Shown here in pieces: positions 25,915 to 33,791 of a DNA stretch of 42,604 bases. This DNA is from a virus (taxonomy: Duplodnaviria; Caudoviricetes): positions 1-42,604 of IMG/VR virus record IMGVR_UViG_3300037851_000393, one strand, 5' to 3'. Each line of letters opens with the position of its first letter. Position 1 is the stretch's first letter. The notes beneath the pieces are model-generated. The model was not told where the DNA came from. It worked only from the letters and a program-made list of their open reading frames with translations, and ran no database searches. The position numbers were made by a program, and so were the translations under genes.

Positions 25915-26458
25915 GGAGCACTTGCCACGTAAGCGCGTTGCCCCGAATCTTGCCCCACCACGGCGGCAGGAGCATCTTCACCGCGTCCGGGATGACCGTT
26001 TGGTACGCCGACTTCACGCTGTCGCTGAACGACAAGCTGATCGGCCCGACTCCCAGACTCGTGATGCCCTGGGTCTCGACGTCGTTGTTCGCCGTCCGGT
26101 TCGAGACGATCAGCTGCTTCGCGAACTCGGCGGTCGCGTACTTGAGCTGCCGAGGGATAATGTCCTCGTCCACGTTCCCGAGCCCGTCCGCGTCGATCAC
26201 CCCGTTGCGCGGCCACGCGAGCCGTTGTCCGGCGCCTACCCCGCCCTCGTCGATCAGCCGGGTCTGGTTCCCCGCCCAGTCGTACTTCGAGTCCAGGAGC
26301 AAGGTGGCGTAGATCAGCGCCTTCTCCTTCGTCGTCTGGTCCGCGCCCGTCCAGTCGTCTGAGTAGAGGACGGTGTCGAAGTAGGCGTCCGCCTCCGCCA
26401 CGGTGGCGTAGGAGTTGTTCGTGTTTCCGCCGGGCGGGTCGACGATGACGGTAGGCAT
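25907..26458 (-). CDS. Head-tail adaptor (often annotated DnaT-like)
   Basis: NSYATVAEADAYF...KEKALIYAT.LLD...QRLAWPR...IP.QLKYATAE pattern. Confidence 0.85.
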   Translation of the reverse strand: MPTVIVDPPGGNTNNSYATVAEADAYFDTVLYSDDWTGADQTTKEKALIYATLLLDSKYDWAGNQTRLIDEGGVGAGQRLAWPRNGVIDADGLGNVDEDIIPRQLKYATAEFAKQLIVSNRTANNDVETQGITSLGVGPISLSFSDSVKSAYQTVIPDAVKMLLPPWWGKIRGNALTWQVLRG

Positions 26459-27198
26459 CAGCGCACCGAGGCTACGACGTCGAGCGTCGAGTCCCTGTAG
26501 TCCCCGACCACGACGTACTTCAGGCGGATCTTGTTCCCGAGTAGCCCGTTGAGGATCGTGTTCGCCGTCATCGTCCCGTCAGTCGGGGTAGTGTTCGGCG
26601 CGAGGGCCGCGTCGAGGTTCACGGCCTGCACGAGCCGGGCCGTGAGGACCGAGAACGAGAACTGCATGATATCACACCACGTCGCCTCGTTGTCGAGGGT
26701 CGTCTGGACGTAGAGGTCGAGGGACTGGACCCCGGGGCTCGGCGACGGGCTCGCTGATCCCGAGGGCGAGGCGCTCGCCGAACTGCTCGCCGAGGCGCTG
26801 GCAGACGGCGACGTCGAGGCGCTGGACGAGGCGCTGGCGCTCGCGGACGGCGAGGCAGACGCCGACGCCGAGGCGCTGAGGCTCGAAGACGGGGACGCGC
26901 TGGCCGAGGGCGAGGCGCTGGACGACGCGCTCCCCGAGAAGCTCGGCGACGCCGACGGACTTGCTGAGGCGCTCGCGCTCGAAGACGGAGAGGTGCTCGC
27001 CGACGCGGACGCCGACGGGCTGGTCGAGGCAGAGGTGGACGCCGAGGGACTGGTCGCCGACCCGTAGGTGAAGCTGGCCTGGACGAGCAAGTAGCTCGCG
27101 GCCTCAGGCAACCGGCCGAGGCTGGTGGCGTCGGTGACGTAGGTCCCGTCCGTGTCGGGAACGGCTCCCGAGAAGAGGGTGTGGATGAAGCTGCTCAT
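26458..27198 (-). CDS. Putative virion beta-sandwich protein; paralog of 27195..27614 carrying an about 105-aa Ser/Pro insert
   Basis: Shared GTYVT, GRLP, YVQTxLDxEATWCD, TPTDG..TANTIL.GL.G and KYVVVG. Confidence 0.75.
   Translation of the reverse strand: MSSFIHTLFSGAVPDTDGTYVTDATSLGRLPEAASYLLVQASFTYGSATSPSASTSASTSPSASASASTSPSSSASASASPSASPSFSGSASSSASPSASASPSSSLSASASASASPSASASASSSASTSPSASASASSSASASPSGSASPSPSPGVQSLDLYVQTTLDNEATWCDIMQFSFSVLTARLVQAVNLDAALAPNTTPTDGTMTANTILNGLLGNKIRLKYVVVGDYRDSTLDVVASVR
26735..27060 (-). repeat. Coding Ser/Pro/Ala tract inserted in a paralog (approximate bounds)
   Basis: TSPSASTSASTSPSASASAS...PSPSP. Confidence 0.9.
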
Positions 27199-27614
27199 CG
27201 GAGCACCAGGTCGACCCGGAGCGTGCCGACGTAGGTCCCGACCACGACGTACTTGACTCGGAACTTGGTCCCGATCAGCCCGCTGAGGATCGTGTTCGCC
27301 GTGATGGCACCGTCGGTCGGCGTGACGTTCGCCGCGAGGGCCGTCGAGGCCTTGACCGCGCTCACCTTGCGCGCCGAGGTAGTGGCGAACGAGAAGTTCG
27401 CGACGTCACACCAGGTCGCCTCGTCGTCGAGGCTCGTCTGGACGTACACATCGACGGTCGTTCCTCCCGACGAGCGCACGAAGTTCGCCTGAGCGGCGAC
27501 GTACTTCGCCCCCGCAGGAAGCCGTCCGGCGTAATAGCCGGGAGTGACGTAGGTCCCGGCTGCCGGGATCGCGCCGCTGACGAGGGTCACCTGGTTTGGA
27601 TTCACGTTGCTCAT
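27195..27614 (-). CDS. Putative virion beta-sandwich protein, 139 aa
   Basis: In the head module; GGAGGAG RBS; paralog of the next gene without the insert. Confidence 0.75.
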   Translation of the reverse strand: MSNVNPNQVTLVSGAIPAAGTYVTPGYYAGRLPAGAKYVAAQANFVRSSGGTTVDVYVQTSLDDEATWCDVANFSFATTSARKVSAVKASTALAANVTPTDGAITANTILSGLIGTKFRVKYVVVGTYVGTLRVDLVLR

Positions 27615-27763
27615 CTGCTGATCTCCTCCGACCTTGCGAACGCGAGGGTCACCCTCGCGCGAGATTCACGGCGTTCCGACCAGATGCTGCGTTCCGCCAG
27701 CCCGCGGGAGCGGGGGCGCGCGTCGAGACCTCGCCGGTCTGTTTCGCGTACGACGTGCCCCAT
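27611..27763 (-). CDS. Small basic hypothetical protein, 50 aa
   Basis: ATG at 27763 with AAGGAG RBS; the stop overlaps the next start (ATGA). Confidence 0.45.
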   Translation of the reverse strand: MGHVVRETDRRGLDARPRSRGLAERSIWSERRESRARVTLAFARSEEISR

Positions 27764-27816
27764 GTCAGTCTCCTTGAGCCAGCGTTGCGCTGGGAGAAGT
27801 GAGAGAGTGGTCACTA

Positions 27817-27843
27817 GGCGGGAGCGGGTCCGCCGCCCCCGCC
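27817..27843 (-). terminator. GC-rich hairpin downstream of 27859..28281
   Basis: Minus strand GGCGGGGGCGG-CGGAC-CCGCTCCCGCC gives an 11-bp stem with one G-U; no strong U tract. Confidence 0.45.
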
Positions 27844-27858
27844 CGGTGAGGACAGGCT

Positions 27859-28281
27859 TTAGACCTCGATCGGCGCCGTCGCTGCGTTTGCCAGCTCGGC
27901 GGTGAATCGGGTCAGAGCGCTGCGGTCTGCGGTGCGGTTGTACTTGACGAGGATCGTCTCGAGCGTCGTGCTCTTGCCGTTCCCCCAGACGACCGTGAAC
28001 GTCCGGGTCGGGCTGTTGGGGTTGGTCGGCAGTGCGGCGCCGAACAGCTCGTGCGGGCCGCCAGCGACGTCGTCGTACAGGCCCTCGAGCGTGATGTTCG
28101 TGACGCGGCCGATGCCGATCGGCGTGTTCTCCTCGAAGCTGTCACCGAAGGTGTGCGTCTCCTCGATGAGGTTCTCGATCTCGATGCCGTTGAAGCTCTG
28201 GACGAACTGCGAGATGTCGACGGGGGTGCCGCCTGCGTCGTCGTACCAGATCTCGATTTCGGACGGGGTGGACTTGGCCAT
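27859..28281 (-). CDS. Minimal tail-tube-like protein, 140 aa; paralog of the N-terminus of 22038..23576
   Basis: IEETHTFGDSFEENTPIGIG...LEGLYDD; GGAGG RBS. Confidence 0.7.
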   Translation of the reverse strand: MAKSTPSEIEIWYDDAGGTPVDISQFVQSFNGIEIENLIEETHTFGDSFEENTPIGIGRVTNITLEGLYDDVAGGPHELFGAALPTNPNSPTRTFTVVWGNGKSTTLETILVKYNRTADRSALTRFTAELANAATAPIEV

Positions 28282-28302
28282 GTGTTAGCCTCCAGTTCCC
28301 GT

Positions 28303-28611
28303 TCAGTAACCGATGACGGCGTAGCTGACGGTCTCGGTTCCGGTTGACGCGACGAGCGTGGTGTCGCCGGCCCCGGTGACCTTCCACGCGTAGATGCTCA
28401 GGACGGCGTCGGAAGCGGCGTAGGTCAAGACGGACGTCCCGACGCCCGGGGCCGAGGACCCGGCGAGCGAGAGCGACGCCGCGACGATCGTGTGGAGCTT
28501 GCCGGAGAGGTCGACCGAGGTCGGGTTCGACCCGTCAAGCGCGACGGTACCCGTCACGATGCGGAGCTTGCCGGAGGCCTTGGTCTCCGGAGAGATAATC
28601 ACTTGTGCCAT
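28303..28611 (-). CDS. Putative head decoration protein, 102 aa
   Basis: Directly after the major capsid; Thr/Ser/Gly/Val-rich beta protein; AAGGAG upstream. Confidence 0.6.
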   Translation of the reverse strand: MAQVIISPETKASGKLRIVTGTVALDGSNPTSVDLSGKLHTIVAASLSLAGSSAPGVGTSVLTYAASDAVLSIYAWKVTGAGDTTLVASTGTETVSYAVIGY

Positions 28612-28660
28612 GTGGGTGTACTACTCCTTCCCTTCAGGGGTAGGTACGAGCGGTGGTGGT

Positions 28661-28696
28661 GCGTGACGGGCGACCCCGGAGGATCACCCGTCACGC
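28661..28696 (-). terminator. Strong hairpin after the major capsid gene (terminator or mRNA stabiliser)
   Basis: GCGTGACGGG/CCCGTCACGC perfect 10-bp arms, extendable to 16 bp with G-U pairs on the minus strand; no U tract. Confidence 0.6.
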
Positions 28697-28710
28697 GCTA
28701 GGTACGACGG

Positions 28711-29829
28711 TTAGCCGGCGATGCGGCAGGCCAGCTCAGGACGGATGCACTTCACGCCGTACAGGATGTCGTACGCGAAGCGGGTCCGCTTGTACTGGCG
28801 GCTGACCTCCAGGCGGAGCGTCAGGCCCGAGACCGGGTCGACGGCCGACTGGAACACGCCGAGGCCCATCGGGTCCGCGCCGGCGAACGGCCGGGAAGCG
28901 AACGCGAAGGCGTCGCGGTGGAACGCGAGGTTGACCTGGTGCGAGGCCTTCCGGGTGATCGCGGCCGTCGACGGCGACGTCTGGAGGACCGGGAAGACGG
29001 TGATCGACGTGGTCGGCGCGGTGCCGGTCACGGTCTGGACGGCGTAGGTCTGCGTGTCGCCTGCGAACAGGAGCACGTCGCCCACGACGAAGGCGCCGGT
29101 GCCCGCGTTGATCGTCACGGTGTTGCTGCCCGCCGTGCCGCTCGCGGTACCTGCGGACCAGTTGCCCACGGTGTGCGTCGGCATGTTCTGGTCCATGAAC
29201 CAGGTGCTGCCGAGCTTGAAGCCGATCTGGCCGTTGAGGATGCCGTCACGGTCGCCGCGGAAGGCCGCGTCCTGGAAGGCGCGGAGGCCGAGCGCGTTGG
29301 CTTCAGCGTCCGGGTCGATCGCCACGAAGCGAGGGTCCGTCGGGGCGAGCTGGTTGTTGAGGGTCTTGCGCGCGTCGAGGAACTCGGAGAGGTCGGCGCT
29401 GAACGGCGTGACGCCTGCGACGCCGGCGTAGCCGTAGACGGCCGTGTACAGGCCGAGGATCGCGTTGTCCACGTTGTTGGCGAGGGCCTTGACGGCCTCG
29501 GTCGCCTGCATCGGGATCGTGCCGGACTGGACCTCCAGCATCTCCTTGTCGTTGAGGAAGAACGGAGCCTCGTACCACTCGGAGAGCGGGATGTTGACGG
29601 ACGTCGGTGAGACGCCGGCGTCGTCCGGGGCGACGTAGGACGGCGCTACCTCGACGGCCGTGATGGCCGACGGGATGGGGACGTCGATCGAGGAGCCCTT
29701 CTCGCCCGCCGTCGCCTCGTAGGCGCGGTTGACGTAACGGGGCATGACGGCCATCTGGCGGAGCGCCAGGAGGCCCTGCGCGAGCAGCTGGGGTACAACT
29801 GCGGTGAGGGTGTTCGTGTTCGGAGCCAT
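28711..29829 (-). CDS. Major capsid protein, P22 coat (gp5)-like with insertion domain
   Basis: 372 aa after the scaffold; VNRAYE...KGSSIDVPIP, ARKTLN..AP...R, NLAFHRDAFAFASRP, DILYGVKCIRPELACRIAG. Confidence 0.92.
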   Translation of the reverse strand: MAPNTNTLTAVVPQLLAQGLLALRQMAVMPRYVNRAYEATAGEKGSSIDVPIPSAITAVEVAPSYVAPDDAGVSPTSVNIPLSEWYEAPFFLNDKEMLEVQSGTIPMQATEAVKALANNVDNAILGLYTAVYGYAGVAGVTPFSADLSEFLDARKTLNNQLAPTDPRFVAIDPDAEANALGLRAFQDAAFRGDRDGILNGQIGFKLGSTWFMDQNMPTHTVGNWSAGTASGTAGSNTVTINAGTGAFVVGDVLLFAGDTQTYAVQTVTGTAPTTSITVFPVLQTSPSTAAITRKASHQVNLAFHRDAFAFASRPFAGADPMGLGVFQSAVDPVSGLTLRLEVSRQYKRTRFAYDILYGVKCIRPELACRIAG

Positions 29830-29991
29830 ATATTTGGTTGGCCTCTCTGTGAGAGTGGTGAAACAACGTCAGGGAGTTTGGCCCACCGGGCTCGGCACGA
29901 GGCGGCACCGCCACCGTCGGTCCGAAGCGACTGTCGTCGCTCGCGGTTCTTTGTGTCGTCCCGCGGCCAACACTGGCCGCGGGTCACGTCC

Positions 29992-30792
29992 TTACTGCTG
30001 TACGGCTACCTCGCCCTTGGCGATCGCGTCGAGGTTCGCGCCGAAGTCCAGCGGGTCGTTGCTGACGTACCGTTTGCGCGGTGCGCCGCCGCCACCAGCG
30101 GCCCCGCCGCCCTTGCTGGGGCGGAAGAGATGCGGCGCGTCCGTCGCGAGGTCCTGGGCCCACTCTTCCGCGGAGAGGGTCTCGCCCGCCCGGCGGCGGG
30201 AGAACACGGGCTCGCCGTTCTTCAGGGCGACCACCTGGCCGTCCTTGAGGACGAACACGTTCAGTCCACGGTTGAGGAAGTCCGGCAGCGCCCTCTCATC
30301 GACACCGGCCTTGGAGGCCGCGTCTCGGAGCGCGTTCTCGAGCGTGGTGCGGGCCAGCTGCGCCTGCGCCTGTGCCTCGCGCTTGCTGATCGCATCGAGC
30401 TTGTCTTGGAGCGGCTTCACGGCCTCCGCCACCTGGGCCCTCGTCCGCTCGAGGAAGATCTTGTTCACGTCCTCGGGGGACCGGATGCCCTGGCCCTCGA
30501 GTTCGGCGGTGCGCGCCTTGAGCCGCTGGTACTCCGCGGGATCGACCGTCTTGAGGGTCCGGAGCTTCTCCTTCGCCTCCTCCATCGACTGCGCGCCGAG
30601 TTCCTTGAGCAACGTGATGTTGTTCTCACGGAATCCGGCGACCTTCTGCTCCGCGGCGACAGCCGCGGCCTTGAGCTCTGCGATCGTCGGGAGCTCCCCG
30701 TCGACCTTCAGAACGAACGACCCGCCCTTCTCCTCGTACTCCCCGCGCAGCGCCTCGGGGATCTCGTCCTGCGACTGGTAGACTGCTTTCAT
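29992..30792 (-). CDS. Capsid scaffolding protein, 266 aa
   Basis: DEIPEALRGEYEEKGGSFVLKVDG start, coiled coil, APHLFRPSKGGGAAGG end; ATG at 30792 with GGAGGA RBS. Confidence 0.85.
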   Translation of the reverse strand: MKAVYQSQDEIPEALRGEYEEKGGSFVLKVDGELPTIAELKAAAVAAEQKVAGFRENNITLLKELGAQSMEEAKEKLRTLKTVDPAEYQRLKARTAELEGQGIRSPEDVNKIFLERTRAQVAEAVKPLQDKLDAISKREAQAQAQLARTTLENALRDAASKAGVDERALPDFLNRGLNVFVLKDGQVVALKNGEPVFSRRRAGETLSAEEWAQDLATDAPHLFRPSKGGGAAGGGGAPRKRYVSNDPLDFGANLDAIAKGEVAVQQ

Positions 30793-30860
30793 GTTCCTCC
30801 GCGGCACCGCCGCTGTGGGTTTTCGCCCGCCCAACCTGAGCGAGCGTCTACTAGAAGATA

Positions 30861-30889
30861 ATTATACCATGAGCGTGGTGATTCGTGAA
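30861..30889 (-). promoter_or_regulatory. Sigma70-type promoter for the scaffold-capsid operon
   Basis: Minus strand TTCACG-17 nt-TATAAT with extended TGn (ATGGTATAAT), in an AT-rich intergenic gap. Confidence 0.7.
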
Positions 30890-30904
30890 ACTCTGTAAAG
30901 ATCG

Positions 30905-31603
30905 TCAGCGCCCGCTGCGCCGGCGCTCGAGGAGTTCTTGCGCGTACACTTGGCGCGCCTCGCCTTGCAGGTTCCAGTCCCCGGGCGTGGGCGCGACCGG
31001 AGGCAACTCCCGCTCGGTCCCGCGCTCGAAGAAAGTCACCGAGCACCTGCAGCGCGGGTGCGCCGGCGGGGCCAGCACCCCGACGCTGAACACCTGGTGG
31101 AGCTGGACGGTCTCACCGTGGAGCGGGCGGCACACGTGGCACGTCGCCTCGTCCGGCGTGACGGTCCACCGCTTCATCGGCTCGCGGAACAGCCCCGCCT
31201 CCTGTCGCTGGCGGGCGCTCTCGAGCGCGCCCGCGTTCAGCGCGCCCATGATCTCGGTCCGCGCGATCGTCTCGGCCCGGACCCCGAGGAGCTTTCCGGC
31301 GTACTTGTCGGCGTACCTCTGCGCGGCGGCTGGCGTCTCGCCGCGCTCGACGAGTCCCTCGTAGTAGTTCACCACGGCGGCGGTGCTCTGCGACGTAAGG
31401 CCCACTACTGAGCGGAGCAGGCGGGACGTCTCAGAGGGAGTGATGTTGTCCCGGATGGCCCGGACGATCAGGGTGTTAATGGCCTGCCTCGTCTCGTCCG
31501 ACACGCGCGTCACGTAGCGTGCAGCTTGTCTCGCGGCCACCGCCTGAGCATGCTGATTTCGGCCGTCGAACTTGAACTGAGTTTTCGGCAGAGGAATCGC
31601 CAC
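30905..31603 (-). CDS. MuF / SPP1 gp7-like minor head protein (C-terminal part)
   Basis: RAETIARTE, KRW...DEATCHVCRPLHG, PPAHPRCRC; start assumed at GTG 31603 (track gives 31654). Confidence 0.9.
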   Translation of the reverse strand: MAIPLPKTQFKFDGRNQHAQAVAARQAARYVTRVSDETRQAINTLIVRAIRDNITPSETSRLLRSVVGLTSQSTAAVVNYYEGLVERGETPAAAQRYADKYAGKLLGVRAETIARTEIMGALNAGALESARQRQEAGLFREPMKRWTVTPDEATCHVCRPLHGETVQLHQVFSVGVLAPPAHPRCRCSVTFFERGTERELPPVAPTPGDWNLQGEARQVYAQELLERRRSGR

Positions 31604-31607
31604 AGCC

Positions 31608-31847
31608 TCAGCACTCCATCCTTCGATGTACCACGACCCGGCGGCCCGTCCCAAGCACCTCGACGATCTGCGGGCGGCACCAGCAAGGTCGGCCGTCGGT
31701 GAGGTGCTCCGCTGTCACGAGGTCCGACCAGCAGTTGCAGCCGGACGGCGTCATCGCAGGGCAGCCCGGCCGGTGATCCGGGAACCCGTGGTCGTCCTCG
31801 CCGCCGTACGACGGGTAGACGTGGATCCGGTCGAGACTCCCACTCAT
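31608..31847 (-). CDS. Small Cys/His-rich hypothetical protein
   Basis: H..GC...GCNC, EH....CWCRP, VVVH; ATGA coupling. Confidence 0.6.
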   Translation of the reverse strand: MSGSLDRIHVYPSYGGEDDHGFPDHRPGCPAMTPSGCNCWSDLVTAEHLTDGRPCWCRPQIVEVLGTGRRVVVHRRMEC

Positions 31848-32377
31848 TTAACCCAGAACCTCACGGGCTGTCGCGCGACGGTCTTGCCCCCGCCTTCCAG
31901 CCGGGCCCAGACCTCCCAGGCCTCGCCTTGAGGATGGGCCGGGGCGCAGAGAGAGATGGACCAACGGCGTGGGTACCCGACGACGTTGCACTCGCAGCCG
32001 GACTGCTCCTCGTTGTCGAGGATCTTCCCGTCCCTGTTACGGTGCCATCCAGGCTGGCACTTCTCGGGCAGCTTCGGGTAGCAGTCGTACCGCTCTGCGA
32101 ACGGCGGGCAGTCGGACTCCTCTATCGCCTTGGTCTCGTCCGGCTTCTCCCACGTGACGCGCGGGCAGTACCACCTCTCGTCCTCCGGGCCTCTAATCTC
32201 GGCAGTCAGCAGAACCGCCGAGCACCCATGCGCGATGTCGACCACTTGTATCGGCGGGAACACGCGTACCGTCAGCTCTGGCTTGTGGTATTCTTTCACC
32301 TGCTCCACCTGCGGCCCGCTGACAGTCAGCAGGAGAGGGATAGCCACCGCGTGGACGATCACCGCGCGGAAGCTCAC
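31844..32377 (-). CDS. Putative exported Cys-containing beta-sandwich protein, 177 aa
   Basis: Hydrophobic N-terminus; VLLTAEIRG...YCPRVTWE...EESDCPPF; GTGA coupling. Confidence 0.6.
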   Translation of the reverse strand: MSFRAVIVHAVAIPLLLTVSGPQVEQVKEYHKPELTVRVFPPIQVVDIAHGCSAVLLTAEIRGPEDERWYCPRVTWEKPDETKAIEESDCPPFAERYDCYPKLPEKCQPGWHRNRDGKILDNEEQSGCECNVVGYPRRWSISLCAPAHPQGEAWEVWARLEGGGKTVARQPVRFWVK

Positions 32378-32616
32378 GCGATCTTCCCGCCGGTCACGAC
32401 GGCCTCGCGCACGATCTCAGCGGACGGCTCGTAGGCGTCCGCAACGTCGATGCCGCCGAGGAGCGCCCGGACTTCCCGCAGATCCTTCCGCCATATGGCC
32501 TCCTCGATCTCCCGGAACGGGATCCGTTCGCGAACCCGGTCAGCCGCCACCTTGATGGCTCTCGCCATCCGCGGCTCGATCTTGTTCGACGTAGCGTGGA
32601 TCTTCCGGTACTTCAT
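32374..32616 (-). CDS. Helical protein resembling the N-terminal part of MuF-like head proteins, 80 aa
   Basis: IEPRMARAIK.AAD.VR..I....IE.AI...DL...GG pattern; ATG at 32616 in an ATGA overlap. Confidence 0.6.
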   Translation of the reverse strand: MKYRKIHATSNKIEPRMARAIKVAADRVRERIPFREIEEAIWRKDLREVRALLGGIDVADAYEPSAEIVREAVVTGGKIA

Positions 32617-32858
32617 GCTGACGCGCACCGCGGGCAGAGGCCGGCGGACAGGGTCGACACGTAGCTGTCGAGCAGCCCGGAGTCGTCGACGGCCCTGTCA
32701 GTCACGTACCTGTACGTCAGGCACGTCTGAGGCCCGAGGCCGCACTGCGAACAGTGCATACAACCCGTGTTGCAGACGCCGGAGCCCTCGGGATGGAGCG
32801 GGGGCGTAAAGACGTTGTCGTACGGCGTCAGGTCAGGAACCCACGGGTTCTCGAACAT
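32613..32858 (-). CDS. Small Cys-rich hypothetical protein
   Basis: CNTGCMHCSQCG and LCPRC; coupled to the downstream gene. Confidence 0.55.
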   Translation of the reverse strand: MFENPWVPDLTPYDNVFTPPLHPEGSGVCNTGCMHCSQCGLGPQTCLTYRYVTDRAVDDSGLLDSYVSTLSAGLCPRCASA

Positions 32859-33261
32859 TCACCACCTCCACCCGGATCCCCGCCTTCCGCGCCCTGCGCA
32901 CCGCGTCCCAGGTTCCGACCGATCGGGCGGTCGGGAACGCGATCACCAAGTCGGGCCGGGAGTCGACCATCTCCTGATTCCGACGCTTCCCGGCGTCCGG
33001 GCAGTAAGAGCTGCCGCTCATGTTTCCGTTGAGCCGACGGTGTCCCGAAGGGCACTCTCGCTCGCACGGGGCCGTCCAAGCGGCGGGATGCGGCTCCTCG
33101 GACCAACCGAGGTCGATCGTGAGGCTCGCGGCGATCAGGTCCGCGCCTCTGGCGCCGCCGTGTACGAGCGTATGTGCCCCTGGCGGGACTATCGTCAGCA
33201 GCCAGCGTTTCAGCAGCGCACGGTCCGTCCAGTCGCGCGAGCCCGTCACCATGACCCTCAC
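32833..33261 (-). CDS. SLOG-superfamily protein (YspA/DUF2493-like)
   Basis: VTGSRDW, LVHGGARGAD, AG.RRNQEM, DLVIAFP, S.GT.D.VRRARKAGI. Confidence 0.88.
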   Translation of the reverse strand: MRVMVTGSRDWTDRALLKRWLLTIVPPGAHTLVHGGARGADLIAASLTIDLGWSEEPHPAAWTAPCERECPSGHRRLNGNMSGSSYCPDAGKRRNQEMVDSRPDLVIAFPTARSVGTWDAVRRARKAGIRVEVVNVREPVGS

Positions 33262-33779
33262 CTCCGCCGCGCCTTGACCTGCTCGCGGTCCCGCGCCGCC
33301 TCGGAGCGGCCCCGCGTCGCGTCGCGCGCCGGGTTCTTCTCGTAGTCACTGCGCCCCAGCCTGTACCACTTGCCGTTTTTGCCGAGCACCTCAACCAGCT
33401 CCGCGCGGATCCTGGAGTTGGTGAACCGGTCGCCCGTGCTCTCACGCCGCATTCCCGCCTCGGGCACGCGCACGAGCACCGGGCGGCCCTCCGCCGGCGC
33501 GAACGACGCCGCGTGCGCGGGCTCGTCGATGAAGTAGCTGCGCTTTTTGGTCGAACCGTCCGGCCACGTCTCCTGGTCCGTACCGTGGCTCGGGCCGTGC
33601 GGCACGAGCCCCCGGTCAGCGATACCTTCGAGGTTCTCTTCGCTCGTGGCGTGGTAGACGAAGCCGGCCTCACGCGGCGGGGCGGCGTCGCGTACCGGGT
33701 CGTGGAAGCCGCCGCCCGAAGCGCGCGCGGCGCTCACGTATTGATTGCCCCGGAACGGGTGTCCCGGACGGTCTCCCAT
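33258..33779 (-). CDS. Leader-bearing ADP-ribosyltransferase-fold protein (KptA/Tpt1- or DarT-like start)
   Basis: MGDRPGHPFRGNQY leader; VYHATSEENLEGIADRGLVP...SYF...VLVRV...IRAELVEV; GGAGG RBS. Confidence 0.65.
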   Translation of the reverse strand: MGDRPGHPFRGNQYVSAARASGGGFHDPVRDAAPPREAGFVYHATSEENLEGIADRGLVPHGPSHGTDQETWPDGSTKKRSYFIDEPAHAASFAPAEGRPVLVRVPEAGMRRESTGDRFTNSRIRAELVEVLGKNGKWYRLGRSDYEKNPARDATRGRSEAARDREQVKARRR

Positions 33780-33791
33780 CTTAGCCCTCCA

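Noticed and set aside
25907-26458. DnaT-like replication protein
   Set aside because: Its position between capsid and neck genes indicates a head-tail adaptor.
23423-28176. Repeat pair as a DGR template/variable repeat
   Set aside because: The mismatches are not restricted to adenines on one strand, both copies are internal to paralogous genes, and no reverse transcriptase is in the window.
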